Shown piece by piece: positions 1 to 13,650 of a DNA stretch of 64,000 nt. The translations under genes and the position numbers were made by a program. Source of the stretch: Chiloscyllium plagiosum (lineage: Eukaryota); the NCBI RefSeq assembly GCF_004010195.1, contig NC_057719.1, forward strand, positions 14,072,364-14,136,363, in the 5' to 3' direction. Every line of letters begins with the position of its first letter. Position 1 is the first letter of the stretch. The notes under the pieces were generated by a model. That model searched no databases. It was given only the letters and a program-made list of their open reading frames with translations, and was not told where the DNA came from.

Positions 1-19
1 GGGGCTACCGCAGGCTCTG

Positions 20-525
20 TTACAGTGGGAGCAGAAGGTGGTCATGGGAAGGGGTGGGTGGGGGTGTTGGTGTGGCAGCGCGCTCCTTATGATGTTAGCA
101 CCGATTTCCGCTTTTTCCCGATGGCAGGTCTCAAGGTGCTCGACACCTTCTTGGATGCTCCTCCTCCACTTTGGATGGTCTTGGGCCAGTGATTCCCAGG
201 TATCTGTGGGAATGCTGCACTTCCCAAGTGAGGTCTTGGGGCATCCCTGAAGTACTTCCGCTGTCCACCTGGGGCTCGCCTGCCATTTCGGAGCTGGGAG
301 TAGAGCACCTGCTTTGGGGGAGGTCTCAAGTCAGTCATGGTGACAATGTGCCCAGCCCATCACAGCCAATCACAGGGCGGGGTCAGTGCCTCGATGCTGG
401 AGATGTTGGCTTGATCAAGGACGCTCCTGTTGATTCATCTGTCCTCCCAGCGGATTCACAGGACCTTGCACGGGTAGCATTGGTGGGACTGCTCCAGCAC
501 CTTGCGGTGTCTGTTGTAGACAGAT
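20..525 (-). mobile_element. RTE-clade LINE 3' fragment
   Basis: PKQVLYSQLRNGRRAPGGQRKYFRD resembles the C-terminal motif of RTE ORFs; frameshifted. Confidence 0.7.
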
Positions 526-1769
526 AGGGACTACAGCACATGGCTGGCCACCTCTTTCTCAAGGGCAATTACAGATAGGCAATGCACAGGTCTCATGAAT
601 GAGAAATGAAATTAACTACTGAACATATGGCATACAAAAATCTCACATAGAGGAACTGAAACCCTTTCATTTGTGGACAGGCTGAAGTTTGATATCCCAC
701 CACATAATCCATTCAGACATCAATACACAGAGAGACAAAAAAAATAGCACCCTCAGCTGAGAGAAAGTGACAATAACTAAATCAGAAATAATTTACTCCC
801 ATTCGCCGTCCAAAGAATGTGCAATAAAATGCTAATCATAAGATATTGTGGCTGGGACATTCCAAGGTCCAGGGCTACGTGCAGAGGGACTGAGTAAAGT
901 TTGGGGCAGCTGCTGCTGAAGGCAGAGTGGGGAAAGACCACCATCTGAGGGCTTTCTGCCCGAGTTGAGTGGGGGTCTGTTCAGTTATTCGACGCCAAGG
1001 AGCTTCCAGTATCTGTGAATATAATCTTGTACAAGTGAGAAATGGCTTGGGTTTGTTCACCGGTTAGAGTTTGTTCCTTCATATGCCACTGCATAGAACC
1101 AACCTGCTTAAAGATATTTTCATGAATAAATTATATTTTTGAGATTTTAAAAAGTCACCATCGACTGACCATAATTCTACTGTAACATATGGACCGAAGT
1201 AATCATGTGTTTATTTTATCATTAAAACATGGCACTGCTTGTTGTTGTACGTACAGCATTACATCAGCTCTCAGAATGTTTGGCCAGCTTGACCAGTTCC
1301 ATTACAGTGCTCCAGTTTTATTTTATTCATTCACAGGTTATGGGCATTGCTGGCTAGGCCAACATTCATTGCCTATCTCTAATTGCACAGAGGGCAATAG
1401 TCAACCACATTGGTCTGGAGTCACGTGTAGGCCAGACCAGCAAGGATGGCTGATATCCTTCCTAAAAGGACATTAGTGGGCCAGATGGGTTTGTCTGACA
1501 ATTGAGAATGGTTTAATGATCATCATTTGATTCTTAATTTCAAATTCAAATTTCACCATCTGTTGTGGTGAGATTTGGACCCGGAGAGTGGTGTAGAATA
1601 TCTTTTGTTTGGAACAATGTGAACATATAACGTTGTGGAGATGCCAGTGTTGGGCTGGGGTGGGCAAAATCAAAAGCACTCCCCCTGACAAAAGAACAGC
1701 ATTCTGAAAGCTTGTGATTTCAAATAAACCTGTTGGATTGTAACCTGGTGTCGTGTGACTTCTGAACAG

Positions 1770-2420
1770 ATAGAACATAAAACATAGAACAGTACAGCAC
1801 AGCACTTTCGGCCCATGATGTTGTGCTGAGCATTTGTCTTAACCTAAGATCAACCTAACCTACACATCCTTCAATTTACTGCCGTTCCATGTGCTTGTCC
1901 AGCAGCTGCTTATATGTCCCTTGTGTCTCTGACTCTACTATCACCGCTGACAGTGCATTCCGCACACTCACCACTCTCTGTGTAAAGTACTTACTTCTGT
2001 CATCTCGTCCATACCTTCCTTCAATTACTTTAAAATTATGACCTCTTGTGACAGCCATTTCTGCCCTGGGGAAAATTCTCTGGCTATCTACTCTATCTAT
2101 GCCTCTCATTACCTTGTACACCTCTATCAAGTCACCTCTCTGCCTTCTTCTCTCCAGTGTGAAAAGCCCTAGCTCACTCAAACTCTCTTCATAAGACAAG
2201 CTCTCCAACCCAGGCAGCATCCTGGTAAATCTCTTCCGCACCCTCTCTAACACAACTACATCCTTCCTATAACAAGGCAAACAAAACTAGACAAAATATT
2301 CCGAGTGTAGTCTAACCAGAGTTTTATAGAGCTGCAACAAAAACTCATGGCTCTTAAATTCAATCCCCCTGTTAATGAAAGCCAAAATACCATACACCTT
2401 ATTAACAACCCTATTAACCC
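1770..2420 (-). mobile_element. CR1-type LINE 3' end
   Basis: LERVRKRFTRMLPGLESLSYEE..LERRRQRGDLIEVYK; TTCTATG-type tail. Confidence 0.9.
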
Positions 2421-3267
2421 TATCACATATAATGTGAAAAGTCAGTTGATTAATCAAACCAAATCATTCCAACTTCTATTACAAGTTACAGCAGTATGGA
2501 TTTGCCCATTTTCCCAACTATTGCCCCCTTTAAGAATCTAAGCTTCAAATTCTGTGGCATCTGAATATACACCTAGAGTTTATTACTCAAGTGGCTAATC
2601 ACTGTGGAACTTTAATTCACATTTAAATTAAATTTGAAAGGTTTGTATTTAGTGTCTTTCACAATCATTGAATATTCCAAAATAATTTACATTCACTAAA
2701 GAATTAAAAATGCAGTTACCATTATAATGAAGAACATGCAGCAGCATATTGCAGGGTAGCATAATGGTCAGTGGTTAGCACTACTGCCTCACAGCACCAC
2801 AGACCTGAGTTCAATTCCTGCCTTGGGTGACTATCTGTGAAGTTTGCACATTCTCCTTGCTTCTGTGCAGGTTTCCTCCCAAAGACACGTAGGTTAGGTT
2901 GATTGGCCTTGGGAAATATAGAGTAGAAAGGTAAGTCTGGATGGGATGCTCTTCAGCGAGTTGGTTTGGGCTTGAGTGGCTGAATGGCCTGTTTCTACAA
3001 CATTCTATAATTATGTTTACAGCCAGCAAGCTCCCACAGATAAGGTGATAACAAGCAGTTTGTTGAGGCATTGATTGATGATACAAATTGGTCAGCCACA
3101 CCAAATAACTTCCCATTTTGCACTCACCTGAGAGGGCAGACAGCAGGGCCTTCATTGAGCCCCCCATCACTCAGCTCTGCACTGAACATCAAACTATATT
3201 GTTATACTCAGGTTCCCACATGGGACACAAACACACATCCTGTTGACTCATAGGCAAAGAGTGCTGC

Positions 3268-3592
3268 AGCATGGTGGCTCAGTGGTTAGCACTGCTGCCT
3301 CACAGCACCAGGGACCCAGGTTCAATTCTGGCCTCGGGCGACTGTCTGTGTGGAGTTTGCACATTCACCCCGTGTCTGTGTGGGTTTCCTCCAGGTGCTC
3401 CAGTTTCCTCCCACAGTCCAAAGATGTATAGGTCAGGTGAATTGCCCATGATAAATTGCCCATAGTGTCAGGTGCATTAGTCAGGGGTAAATGTAGGGTC
3501 AGGGAATAGGTCTAGGTGGGTTACTCTTCAGAGGGTCAGTGTGGACTTGTTGGGCCGAAGGGCCTGTTTCCATACTGTAGGGTATCTAATCT
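3268..3592 (+). mobile_element. HE1-like tRNA-derived V-SINE (full length)
   Basis: A box TGGCTCAGTGG; B box GGTTCAATTC; V-domain GTGTGGAGTTTGCAC..TTCCTCCCACAGTCCAAAGA; CR1-derived tail. Confidence 0.88.
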
Positions 3593-5883
3593 TTCCCACA
3601 TGGGTCACAGATATCATGGTTCACTCTCTGTACGATAGAGAACAAATCTCAGGTAGAGTTCAAGACAGAACTCCAACATTTAGGGTCTGTTTCCATGCTG
3701 TCCATCTCTGTGACTCTATTTGGGAATCATTCAGAAGACAATTGCTGAATGAGAATCACACAGTTAAAAAATTGGTAGGTTTTAAACATATTTGATGCAA
3801 ATGTATGCAATTAAAATATATTTATAGGCATACACAATTTACAAATATAGATTTGAAATGCTTCCATTTATATTGACCAGTACTCTCTGCTACTATTCCC
3901 TCGCCAGTACCCACTGTTTGCTAAAGAATGACTGCAGTTAAGAGTGTATTGCTGGAAAAGCACAGCAAGTCCGAGGAGCAGGAAAATCGACGTTTTGGGC
4001 CAGAGCCCTTCATCAGGAAAGAATGACTGCAACCTAGTGAAACAGTGAGACTTTTCTGAATGGAACAAGTTTGACTCTGTAGTGGTACCACAGAAATACT
4101 GGGCTACCACATCATTGGACTATTGAGAGGATTGAAAATATGACATACAACAGCACATGACAAACCTCCTCAAATAGCTGTAAGGTGTGTAAGGATTATC
4201 TCGAAAACAAGGAAGCTTCTGAAATGTTGGCTCAGGATCAGATTATACCTCCTGAATCATTCACTGAGCACACTCAGCCATTGCTCCAGGGTGACTGGCC
4301 CCTTGGATAATATTTTCCAGATGTATATTCTGATGCCACAGAATTCGAAAAATTCGGAGAATGGGAGAATCTGTAACTTGTAATAGAAGGAGTGGGTTTG
4401 ATGAATCTGCTGACTTTTCAGGGATAATGCAGTGGTTAGCACTGCTGCCTCACAGTGCCAGGGATCCCGGTTCAATTCCACCCTTTGGATAGTTGCCTGT
4501 GTGGAGTTTGCACATTCTCCATGTGTTTGTATGGGACCCCTCCTATGTTCCTGTTTCCTGCCACAATCCAAAAGATGTGCAACTTAGGTGGATTGGCCTT
4601 GCTTAATTGCCAGTGGTGTCTGGGGATGTCCAGGCTAAGTGGATTAGACATGGGAAATGCAGGGTTATAAGGTAGGGGGCTGGTGGGTCTGGGTGAGATG
4701 TTCTTCTGAGGATCGGTGTAAACTTGAGGGGCCAAATAGCCAGTTCTCACAGTTTAGGGATTCTATGATTGTTAAGATACTTTGGCAGAAAAAAAGACAG
4801 GCTGTCTTTGTTCTTTGTACATTTACGAAACAAATCTTCACTATTTAATTTCATGAATTCTTAACGGTTCAAATACTTGTCCTGCGTGGTTTCTGTCATG
4901 GCGAGGGGTGGGGGTGGGGGTAGCCCAGCTTTCTACAGGAAGGGAAAATGTGACAGTTGAAATGAGATGGCTTATCACACAAAGGGGAGCCCTTTCTGAG
5001 GCTCAGTGTCCCCTATTCTGCCTCCTCCTTGATGAAGGAATATCGTAACCCTCAGTGAGCAAGAGCGCCAACTTGCTGCAGATGCACGCAATTACTCCAA
5101 AGTTGACCCAGGCTTCCTTCCCCAGAAAGTTATCACTTTTTGATTATGATTAGATTAGATACAGTTTGGAAACAGGCCCTTCGGCCCAACAAGTCCACAC
5201 CGACAGGTAGCCCACAGTGCAACTAATATTGTGGAATGAAATGCTGCTCAGTAAATGAGGTGTGTTAAATGCAGGTCACAGCAGCTTCGCAGCGAGTGAG
5301 TCTACAAACAGAACATCAAAAGGAATTTATCCACCGAGCTCAATCTCCCTGGAGGCGTGTGGCTGTGAAGTTCTGACACACCTCTCCATCTCATTAAACT
5401 ACAACCCTGGCACCTTGGCATCTGTGAAGGCCCTCCAGGGCCCATTTGAGGATCCTTGTAAAGGAATTAACTACGTGTTTGACAAAGTTAAAGTGTTAGT
5501 TCATGGAAAATCCTGGAAAGGGAAAGCATCATATCCAGCATTCGAATAACAGCTAGAGAAGCACAGAAATTTGAGAGAGCCCAAGGGTTAGCCAAACCCC
5601 TCTGACCAGTGTGGGAGAAAAATAAACCATTCTGCCTGCCCACTACTTGTTCACAGAAACCATGTCTGTTCTGAGCTAAACAGAGCCTACCCATAATACC
5701 TCAACTTGACCACAAGCAGCTCAGGAACTAAACAGCAAAACAAGACATTACCTAAACAGCTTCCAGACTGAAGGAAAACACTCCTCCGATGATCTGACGA
5801 CAGACTTCTGAACTCACAATAGCATCATCGCTCCTGCAGCCCCGAGGGCATCCCCAGACTTCTCAGGCACTGAAGCTCCACAA

Positions 5884-6060
5884 AAGCGAAAGTGGGTGCT
5901 GCAGATGCTGGAGAGTAGAGTCAACATTTCAGGCCAAAGCCCTTCATCAGGAATAAGCCTCATTCCTGATGAAGGGATTTTGTCCGAAACATCGATTTTC
6001 CTGCTCCTCGGATGCTGCCTGCCCTGCTGTGCTTTTCCAGAACCACTCTAATCTTGACTG
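5884..6060. mobile_element. Short palindromic Penelope-tail insert, family A (others at about 3945-4020, 10167-10340, 19950-20150, 30100-30310, 34783-34875, 36330-36425, 43679-43769, 59637-59765)
   Basis: Recurrent CTGATGAAGGGCTTTTGCCCGAAACGTCGATTTTCCTGCTCCTCGGATGCTGCC...TTCCAGCA, often as inverted pairs; same tail as 16595-16720. Confidence 0.75.
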
Positions 6061-7284
6061 AAGCCCCACAAAGCCAACCCAGACTGAGTGGCACCCAGAT
6101 ACCTGACAAAAATGCACACCATTCTGCAGACCTATTGAAACCAGGATACTGGACATTAGCACCTGCTTTAGCAGAAGAACAGAACCTCCTGTTACAATTA
6201 TTACCTGATTGCTACTACCGGATAACCGATTGTTTTCCATTGAGTGTAATTTAATTCATATTGTCTTGTAATTAACACTACACTACTGTAACACTATTGT
6301 AACACTATAAAAACTGTATGTGCAGCTCAGGGAAGAGAATCCTTGATTTAACTATGCAAAGTGTCCATTTTGTATCAATCCAATCAGTTTCTCTTCCCCA
6401 CCTATTTCGTGTGAAATAAGCCAGTGTTCGTCAATTTCACAAGATCTTTGAGTGGCCTCTACTTGTAATTGGACAATTCTCCGAGAGACAGAAACCAGGC
6501 AGGAGAAGTATTTGAATAGTTAAGAATTCATGAAAGAGTGAAGATTTGTTTTGTAAACATACAAAGAACAAAGATAGCTTGTCTTTTTCTGTCAAAGTCA
6601 GAAATTGAAGGCAACATGTTCAAAAGGGACACACAGATAGAGAATCCTCACTGTACGCCTTTCGGCCCATCAAGTCTGTACCAACTCTCTGAAGAGCATC
6701 TCATCCAGATCTACCCTATCCCACATTTACAATGATTAACCCACCTAGCCTGCACATCCCTAGACACTATGGGTAATTTAGCATGGCCAATCCAACCTAG
6801 CCTGCACATCCCTGGATTGTGGGAGGAAACCAGAGCACCCGGAGGAAACTCACACAGACACGGGGAGAATGCACAAACTCTGTGCACACAATTACCCAGT
6901 GCTCCTGGGTAATGCCTATTCATAAAATCTTATTTAATCCCACTGCAGATCACTCTGTTTTGCCCTTGGCCTAGCCCAAAGCAGTCAATTTCAATAATCC
7001 TGTCCTTTCCCACTCCACTCCACCATCCAATGATACTGATCAATGTCTGAGTCCTAGCTACTCATGATATATACTAATGCTGGGTACAAGAACCAAGTGC
7101 AAATTTTTTGCTGACAACACAAAACTGGGTGGGATTGTGGGTGGTGAGAAGGTACAAGGAAGTTTCAAAGTGATTTAAACAAGTTGAGTGATCCATGGCA
7201 GATACACTGCAGGGTGGTTAAATGTGAGCTTATACACACAGGCATGAATAACAGAAAGGAAGGATATTACTGAAATGGTGATAT

Positions 7285-7841
7285 GAAAACAGAAATTGCT
7301 GGAAAAGCTCAGTAGGTCTGGCAGCCTCCTTGCAGAGAAATCAGAGTTAACATTTCGGGTCAGAACCCATTTTGGGGCGGCACGGTGGCTCACTGGTTAG
7401 CACTGCTGCCTCACAGCGCCAGGGACCCAGGTTCGAGTTCCCACCTCGGGTGACTGTCTGTGTGGAGTTTGCACGTTCTCCCTGTTTCCGTGTGAGTTTT
7501 CCTCCAGGTGCTCAGGTTTCCTCCCACAGTCCAAAGATGTGCAGGTTAGGGTGAATTAGCCATGCTAAATTGCTCACAGTGCTATGTGCTTTAGTCATGG
7601 GTAAAAAAAGGGAAGGGGGGTGGGTCTGGGTGGGTTACTCTTCAGAGGGTCAGTGTGGACATGTTGGCTGAAGGGTCCGGTTCCATTCTGTAGGGAATCT
7701 AATCTTAACTGAGGAAGGTCACTGGACCCAAAACATTAACTGTGATTTCTCTTCACAGATGCTGCCAGGCCTGCTGAGCTTTTCCAGCAATTTCTGTTTT
7801 TGTTTCTGATTTACAGCAGCTGTAATCCTTTTAGTTTTTAT
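7285..7841. mobile_element. Palindromic Penelope-tail-like insert, family B, with a SINE in its centre (others at about 38975-39100, 53355-53455)
   Basis: Inverted arms 7285-7368 and 7709-7805; TSD TGAAATGGT(G/T)ATAT at 7271-7284 and 7842-7855; decayed core CTGAGGA-A-GGTC-actg-GACC. Confidence 0.65.
7375..7706 (+). mobile_element. HE1-like V-SINE (other + copies at about 2757-3010, 4425-4770, 30727-30908, 32560-32705, 48180-48525)
   Basis: Same A/B boxes, V-domain and ATCTA tail. Confidence 0.88.
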
Positions 7842-8584
7842 TGAAATGGTTATATATTGTGAAGTGTGGATGTACGAAGGGATATTGGTGTCCCAAACTG
7901 CAACTAGAGAGGCAGCTGCAGTAAGCATTAGGAAGACAAATAGTACATTGCAAGAGGATTTCAGTTCAGAAGTAGGGATGCCTTACTGCTGTCATATGGA
8001 GACTTGGTGATGATCTGATTGAAACATACAAAATTCTAATAGGGCTGGGCAGATTACATGCAGAGTGGATGTTTTCCCTGGGTCTGGGAGTCCCAATCCT
8101 GAACATAATCTCAGGATACAGGGTAGAGCATTACGATTGAGCTGAGGAACCATTTGTTCACACAATAGGTAGTGAAACTGCAGATATCTCAACCACAGAA
8201 GGCAGTCGAGGCCAACGCACTGAATGTATTCAAGAAAGAGATAGATCATTTTAAAGGCATCTCGGTATAAGGAGAGAAATCAGGAATATGGCTTTGAGAT
8301 AGGGCATCAGTCATTATCATATTGAATAGCACAGCAGGTACAAAGGACTGAATGGCCTGCTGCTGTTCCCAGTTTCTGTGTTTCAATGTCTCTATAAGGT
8401 GGTTCTCCTGAAGTATAGGGATAAGTTTTACGACTCATTTTGGACTCAAAGACATTTATTAAGAGTCTTCCGTTACAATGTTTAGTTTATTGGCTAAATT
8501 GGCATTCACAGCCTCTCATTTTAATCGCTGTCCTTCCCATTTTGCAGTTAGTCTCATTCTCCAAAGGCTGGTTTGTGCTGTCAG

Positions 8585-8945
8585 GTGTGTCGGAGGCTGA
8601 GGGGTGACCTTATAGCGGTTTACAAAATTATGAGGGGCATGGATAGGATAAATAGGCAAAGTCTTTTCCCTGGGGTCGGGGAGTCCAGAACTAGAGGACA
8701 TAGGTTTAGGGTGAGAGGGGAAAGATATAAAAGAGACCTAAGGGGCAACTTTTTCATGCAGCGGGTGGTACGAATACGGAATGAGCTGCCAGAGGAAGTG
8801 GTGGAGGCTGGTACAATTTCAACATTTAAGAGGCATTTGGATGGATATATGAATATTGAGGGTTTGGAGGGGTATGGGCCGGTTGCTGGCAGGTGGGACT
8901 AGATTGGGTTGGACTGAAGGGTCTGTTTCCATGCTGTACATCTCT
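8585..8945 (+). mobile_element. CR1 (HER1-like) LINE 3' end
   Basis: RRLRGDLIAVYKIMRGMDR..TRGHRFRV..FFMQRVV; 3' tail shared with the SINEs. Confidence 0.9.
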
Positions 8946-10008
8946 CAAAAATGCAAGTTGTTGTTGTACTTACAATTACCTTGATATCCTTAAAATACTG
9001 TGTCAACCTGCCGGAAGATAACATACTTATGATAATGACGCCTTCACAGATCACACTGTGCATTGGTAGCATTCTGTACACAAGTAACCTTATAGTTAAA
9101 AATCACACCGAAAGCTAGTGCTTTCAATTAAACCTGTTGGTCTATAACCTGGTGTTGTGTGATTTTTAACTTTGTACACCCCAGTCCAACACCAGAGTCT
9201 CCAAATCTTACAGTTGGCTGCCATCTACTGGACAAACACCAGACAGCACAAATGAGCTGTTGGTGAGTGAGACTGACTCCAAAAAGAGAGTGATAGAATA
9301 CAGAATGGTAATTTATCGCTGTTTTTATTTTTACAAAAAAAAATCAAAGTGTTTAATTTGTGATAGCTATTAAAAGGAGAATCTGCCAATTTAACCAATA
9401 AGTTAAATATTATAAAGGAAAAGTCTTAATAATTGTTTTTGAATCCATAGTGAGTTGTAAAATTTATTTCTATACTTCAACAGAACCACCTCACAGAAAC
9501 ATTAAAACACAAAACTGGGAACAGAAGTAGGCCACTTGACCCTTTGTACCTGCTGTGCTATTCAATGTGATAATGACTGACACCCTATCTCAAAGTTATA
9601 TTCCTGATTTCTCTCCTTATACCTGGATGCCATTAAAATCTAAAAATGCATTGACCTCTTTCTTGAATATGTTCAGTGCGTTGGCCTCCACAACCTTCTG
9701 TGGTCGCGATATCTGCAGTTTCACTCCCCACTGAGAGAAGAAATGGTTCCTCATTGCAGTCCTAATAACAATTTGATCAAAAGTAAAACAGTCAAACTGG
9801 AAGAAGCGAGGTGGGCGCAGTGGTAAGGAGATGGTGCCTATAGAATGGTGATCCCTATGATGGTGGGTCCAGTGCAGACAGTGGCACAAGGGGGTGCAGG
9901 AGGGTTGTCGGTGCAGGTGTTGCTGGTGAGTCGGCTCATGGTGGAGACGGTGGAATGAAGATAGACTCTCTTTCAGCTCTTTCTATTCTTTAACTATTCA
10001 GAAATCAG

Positions 10009-10950
10009 AAAACATTTACAAGGAAGTTGCCAGGATTAGAGGATTTGACCTACAAGGAGAGGCTGACTAGGCTGGAGCTCTTTTCCCTGGAGTGTCGGAG
10101 ACTGAGGGGTGGACTTTATAGAAGTTTATAAAATCATGAGGGGCATGGATAGGGTAAGTAGATAAGGTGGAGAAAGTGAGGACTGCAGATGCTGGAGATC
10201 AGAGTCGAGAGTGGGGTGCTGGAAAAGCACAGCAGGCCAGGCAGCATCTGAGGAAGGGCTCTTACCCGAAAAGTCAATTTTCCTGCTCCTCAGATGCTGC
10301 CTGGCCTGCTGTGCTTTTTCAGCACCCCACTCTCAACTCCAAATAGACAAGATATTTTCCCTGTAGGTCTTTCCCCTCTCACCCTAAACCTATGCCCTCT
10401 AGTTCTGGATTCCCCAACCCCAGGGAAAAGACTTTGCCTATTTACCCTACCAATGCCCCTCATAATTTTGTAAACCTCCGTAAGATCACCCCTCAGCCTC
10501 CGAAAACAGCCCCAGCCTGTTCAGCCTCTCCCTATAGCTCAAATCCTCCAACCCTGGCAACATCCTTGTAAATCTTTTCTCAACCCTTTCAAGTTTCACA
10601 ACATCTTTCCGATAGGAAGGAGACCAGAATTGCATACAATATTCCAAAAGTGGCCCAACCAATGTCCTGTACAGCTGCAACATGACCTCCCAACTCCTGT
10701 ACTCAATACTCTGACCAATAAAGGAAAGCATCCCAAATGCCTTCTTCACTATCCTATCTACCTGTGACTCCACTTTCAAGGAGCTATGAACCCGCACTCC
10801 AAGGTCTCTTTATTCAGATAAGTATATGAATAGGAAATGTTTGGAGGGATGTGGGGCTGGAGCAGGCAGGTGGGGCTAATTTAGATTGGGATTGTGGTCG
10901 GCGTGAACTGGTTGGACCGAAGGGTCTGTTTCCGTGCTGTATGACTCCAT
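10009..10950. mobile_element. Nested CR1 fragments in opposite orientations (+ 10009-10362 and 10820-10950; - 10367-10817)
   Basis: ORF 10486-10797 (LYRTLVGPLLEYCMQFWSP) on - lies inside a + strand copy. Confidence 0.8.
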
Positions 10951-11399
10951 GCTACTGAGCTGTAATGGGGTTTAGTGAGCAGCAAGTTAGCATCACTTAG
11001 CCGAAAAACCTCAAACATCCAAACATGTTAATGGCCCAGTAATTTGGGAGTGTCCATTTTTAATGAAGTCAAAAGCTCCCCTAGTAATGGTAGATTGGAG
11101 CTCATCAATAAAAGGCTCATGTGGTTTCTTCCTCTTGTCTTCACATATACACAGGCTGCCAGAGAGCATTATATTCAAAGGCTTTGCATTTTAACTGGTG
11201 TGATCTCCCCAAATCTTTCTACATGAGTCCTAATAAACTGTGAAGTGTATTTCCGAAGTTAAAATTAAATGATAAATAAATAAATAATATTGACAATTAA
11301 GCACCTGCCAGAGGCAACCTATTGGGGCTTTGGAGAGCACAGCCTGGAAAGCGTATCTAACAGGAGGCAGCTTCACTCTTCGAAAGAAACCTTATCTCC

Positions 11400-11800
11400 T
11401 CATGGAACATAGGAACAGGAGTAGACCATTCAGCCGCATCTGTTCACCATTCAATGAGATCATGGCTGATTTGTGGCCTAACTCCATGTACCTGCCTTTG
11501 GCCCATATCGCTTAACACCTTTGCTGGACAAAAAAAAATCTCAGATTTAACATTTACAACTGACCCTGCATCCACTACAGTTTGTGGAAGAGAATTCCAA
11601 ATACCTAGCATCCTTACTATGTCAGAGTGCTTCTTAACATCTCTCCTGAACGGTCTGGCCCCAATTCTCAGACTATGCCCCAAATTCTAGAATCCTTAAC
11701 AGTTGGAAATAGTTTCTCTTTATCTATCCAGTCTTTTCCAGTTAATATCCTGAATACTTCAGTCAGATCACCTCTTAACCGTCCAAATTCAGGAGAATTT
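11400..11800 (-). mobile_element. CR1 LINE 3' end
   Basis: GHSLRI..IWNSLPQTVVDAGS; CR1 tail. Confidence 0.75.
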
Positions 11801-12889
11801 CAGTACTGGCATTTGCATACTAACCAAGGTAGAAGGCAGGAGACAATTCTTTTCATAGTCCTTTCTCCCCTTATAATTGTAGATTCGTTGAGCTTCCTTA
11901 TATTACTGTTACGTTAACTCTGACTTCTAATTATTTTTAAATAATGCAGTTTTAATTATTAATCCTTTCTTTGTTCATTTTGGCAGACATCAATGTCTTC
12001 TAATCAACCTGTTCAGAAATGTTTCTACATTTGTATTACCCACCTTCTATGCCCTTGAACCCAGACCTCTTGCCTTGAGTAGTCATGACTTTGACATGCA
12101 TACCCAGTCACATCATGTTTTACTGCCCTGGTGACTTTCCCCCTTTCCGATTCTGATCTTTTGACGTAGAAGATAATGTCTTAAATTAGGACATCCATCA
12201 GGGTGATTGATCCAACCCGGGCTATCGAGGGGCACAGACCTGTGGTCATTTCCTGATGTCCATCACAGTTGTCTCTGAGTACATGCTAGCTATGGAAGCA
12301 ATAATATAGCTACATCTTGAAAGACAAGGAGAAAGCACTTTGCGCATAACTCTTGAGGTCATTGTTTAGTTCAGCTGCAGTAGGCAGGGTGTATGCTTGC
12401 TGGGCATATGTCCTAGGATGTTTGTGTGCGTGTGCCTGTTTAATTAGAATTGTCTTTTTTTTTAGAAAAAAGCATAGCAGTGGGAGTCCCTGCGAAAATG
12501 GCCCTTGGTCAGAGTTCTCCTTTCTGTAATCCATGTTCCTACCATAACCTCAGAAGATTGTCCACTTCAGCTGGTTACATTTTAACATAAATATAAATAT
12601 TAGTCATATTTTTCTTTTAAAAAGACAAAGAAAGGTCTTACAGCATGACACAAAATATCAAAAGTGCCTTCCTGGGAGTCATTCTGAGAGTCCACAACAT
12701 TAATTCTAGGTGCCATGAAATCGTATTGCATCAGGTCAAACATGGATATAACCCGAGATTTAAAAGCACATGCAGCCTAAAATTCATGAAGCCATAGATT
12801 CTTTATTCCACTGGAGTCAGGCTACTAGAAACATGAAGAAGAATTAATTTTAAACAAGTAAGATGCAATAATGCCTACATTATAAGGTC

Positions 12890-13650
12890 AGAGGTTAGGA
12901 TGCTTGCTGACGATTATACAATGCTCTGCACCCATTTGTGTTTTCTCAGACAGTGAAGCAGTTCAAGTGCAGCAAGACATAGATAACATCCAGGCTCAGC
13001 TATTGGGGCAAGTAACATCTCTACTTTATAAGTACCATAAAATGATCATCACCTACAGGGAATCTAATCTCAGAGAGAATCTCGCCTAATGTTCAATGAC
13101 ATCGCCATCACGGAATCTACCACAATAAACATCCTGGGAGTTATCATTGACTAAACTAGAGCAACCATGTTAAAATTTTCTGGTCCTAACTGCTCTTGTT
13201 TTTAATGGTGGGCAAGTGTCCTCCTGTTTCCTAATGCCTGACAACCACCTGCAAGACACAAGCCAAGATGGTTATAGAATACTATTCACGAGCCTGAATG
13301 ACAGAAACAGCACTGACAAAACCCCACGTTATACAGGACAAAGCATCCATTTGATTAATAATCACCACCATCAACATTTACTCCCTCTGCCAAAAGGTAC
13401 ACAACAGCAACTCACCCAGGTTCCTTTGACCACATTTCAAACCCGTTAAGCACTTCACCGCCTTGTCTTGAAACTACGCTGCTGTTCCTCACTGCCACCG
13501 GTCAAAATCCTGGAACTTGCTCCCTAACAGTTCTGTGGATGTTCTTACACCCTCAATGGTTCTAGAAGGCAGTACACCAACATCCTCCCAAGGGATGGGA
13601 AATACATGCCAGCCTCATCAGTATGGTCCACATCCCCTGAATAAATTTTT
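12890..13650 (+). mobile_element. Decayed CR1/L2-group LINE 3' part (second family)
   Basis: LADDYT..QQDIDNIQ; similar to 49370-49960; tail matches other copies. Confidence 0.6.

Larger units (their letters stand above)
7060..8390 (+). mobile_element. Old CR1 LINE fragment containing nested inserts
   Basis: Decayed FADNTKLGG and GDLIETYKIL motifs; CR1-like 3' UTR. Confidence 0.65.

Noticed and set aside
3268..3340. tRNA-like sequences with A and B boxes
   Set aside because: They are SINE heads continuing into the V-domain and LINE tail, not tRNA genes.
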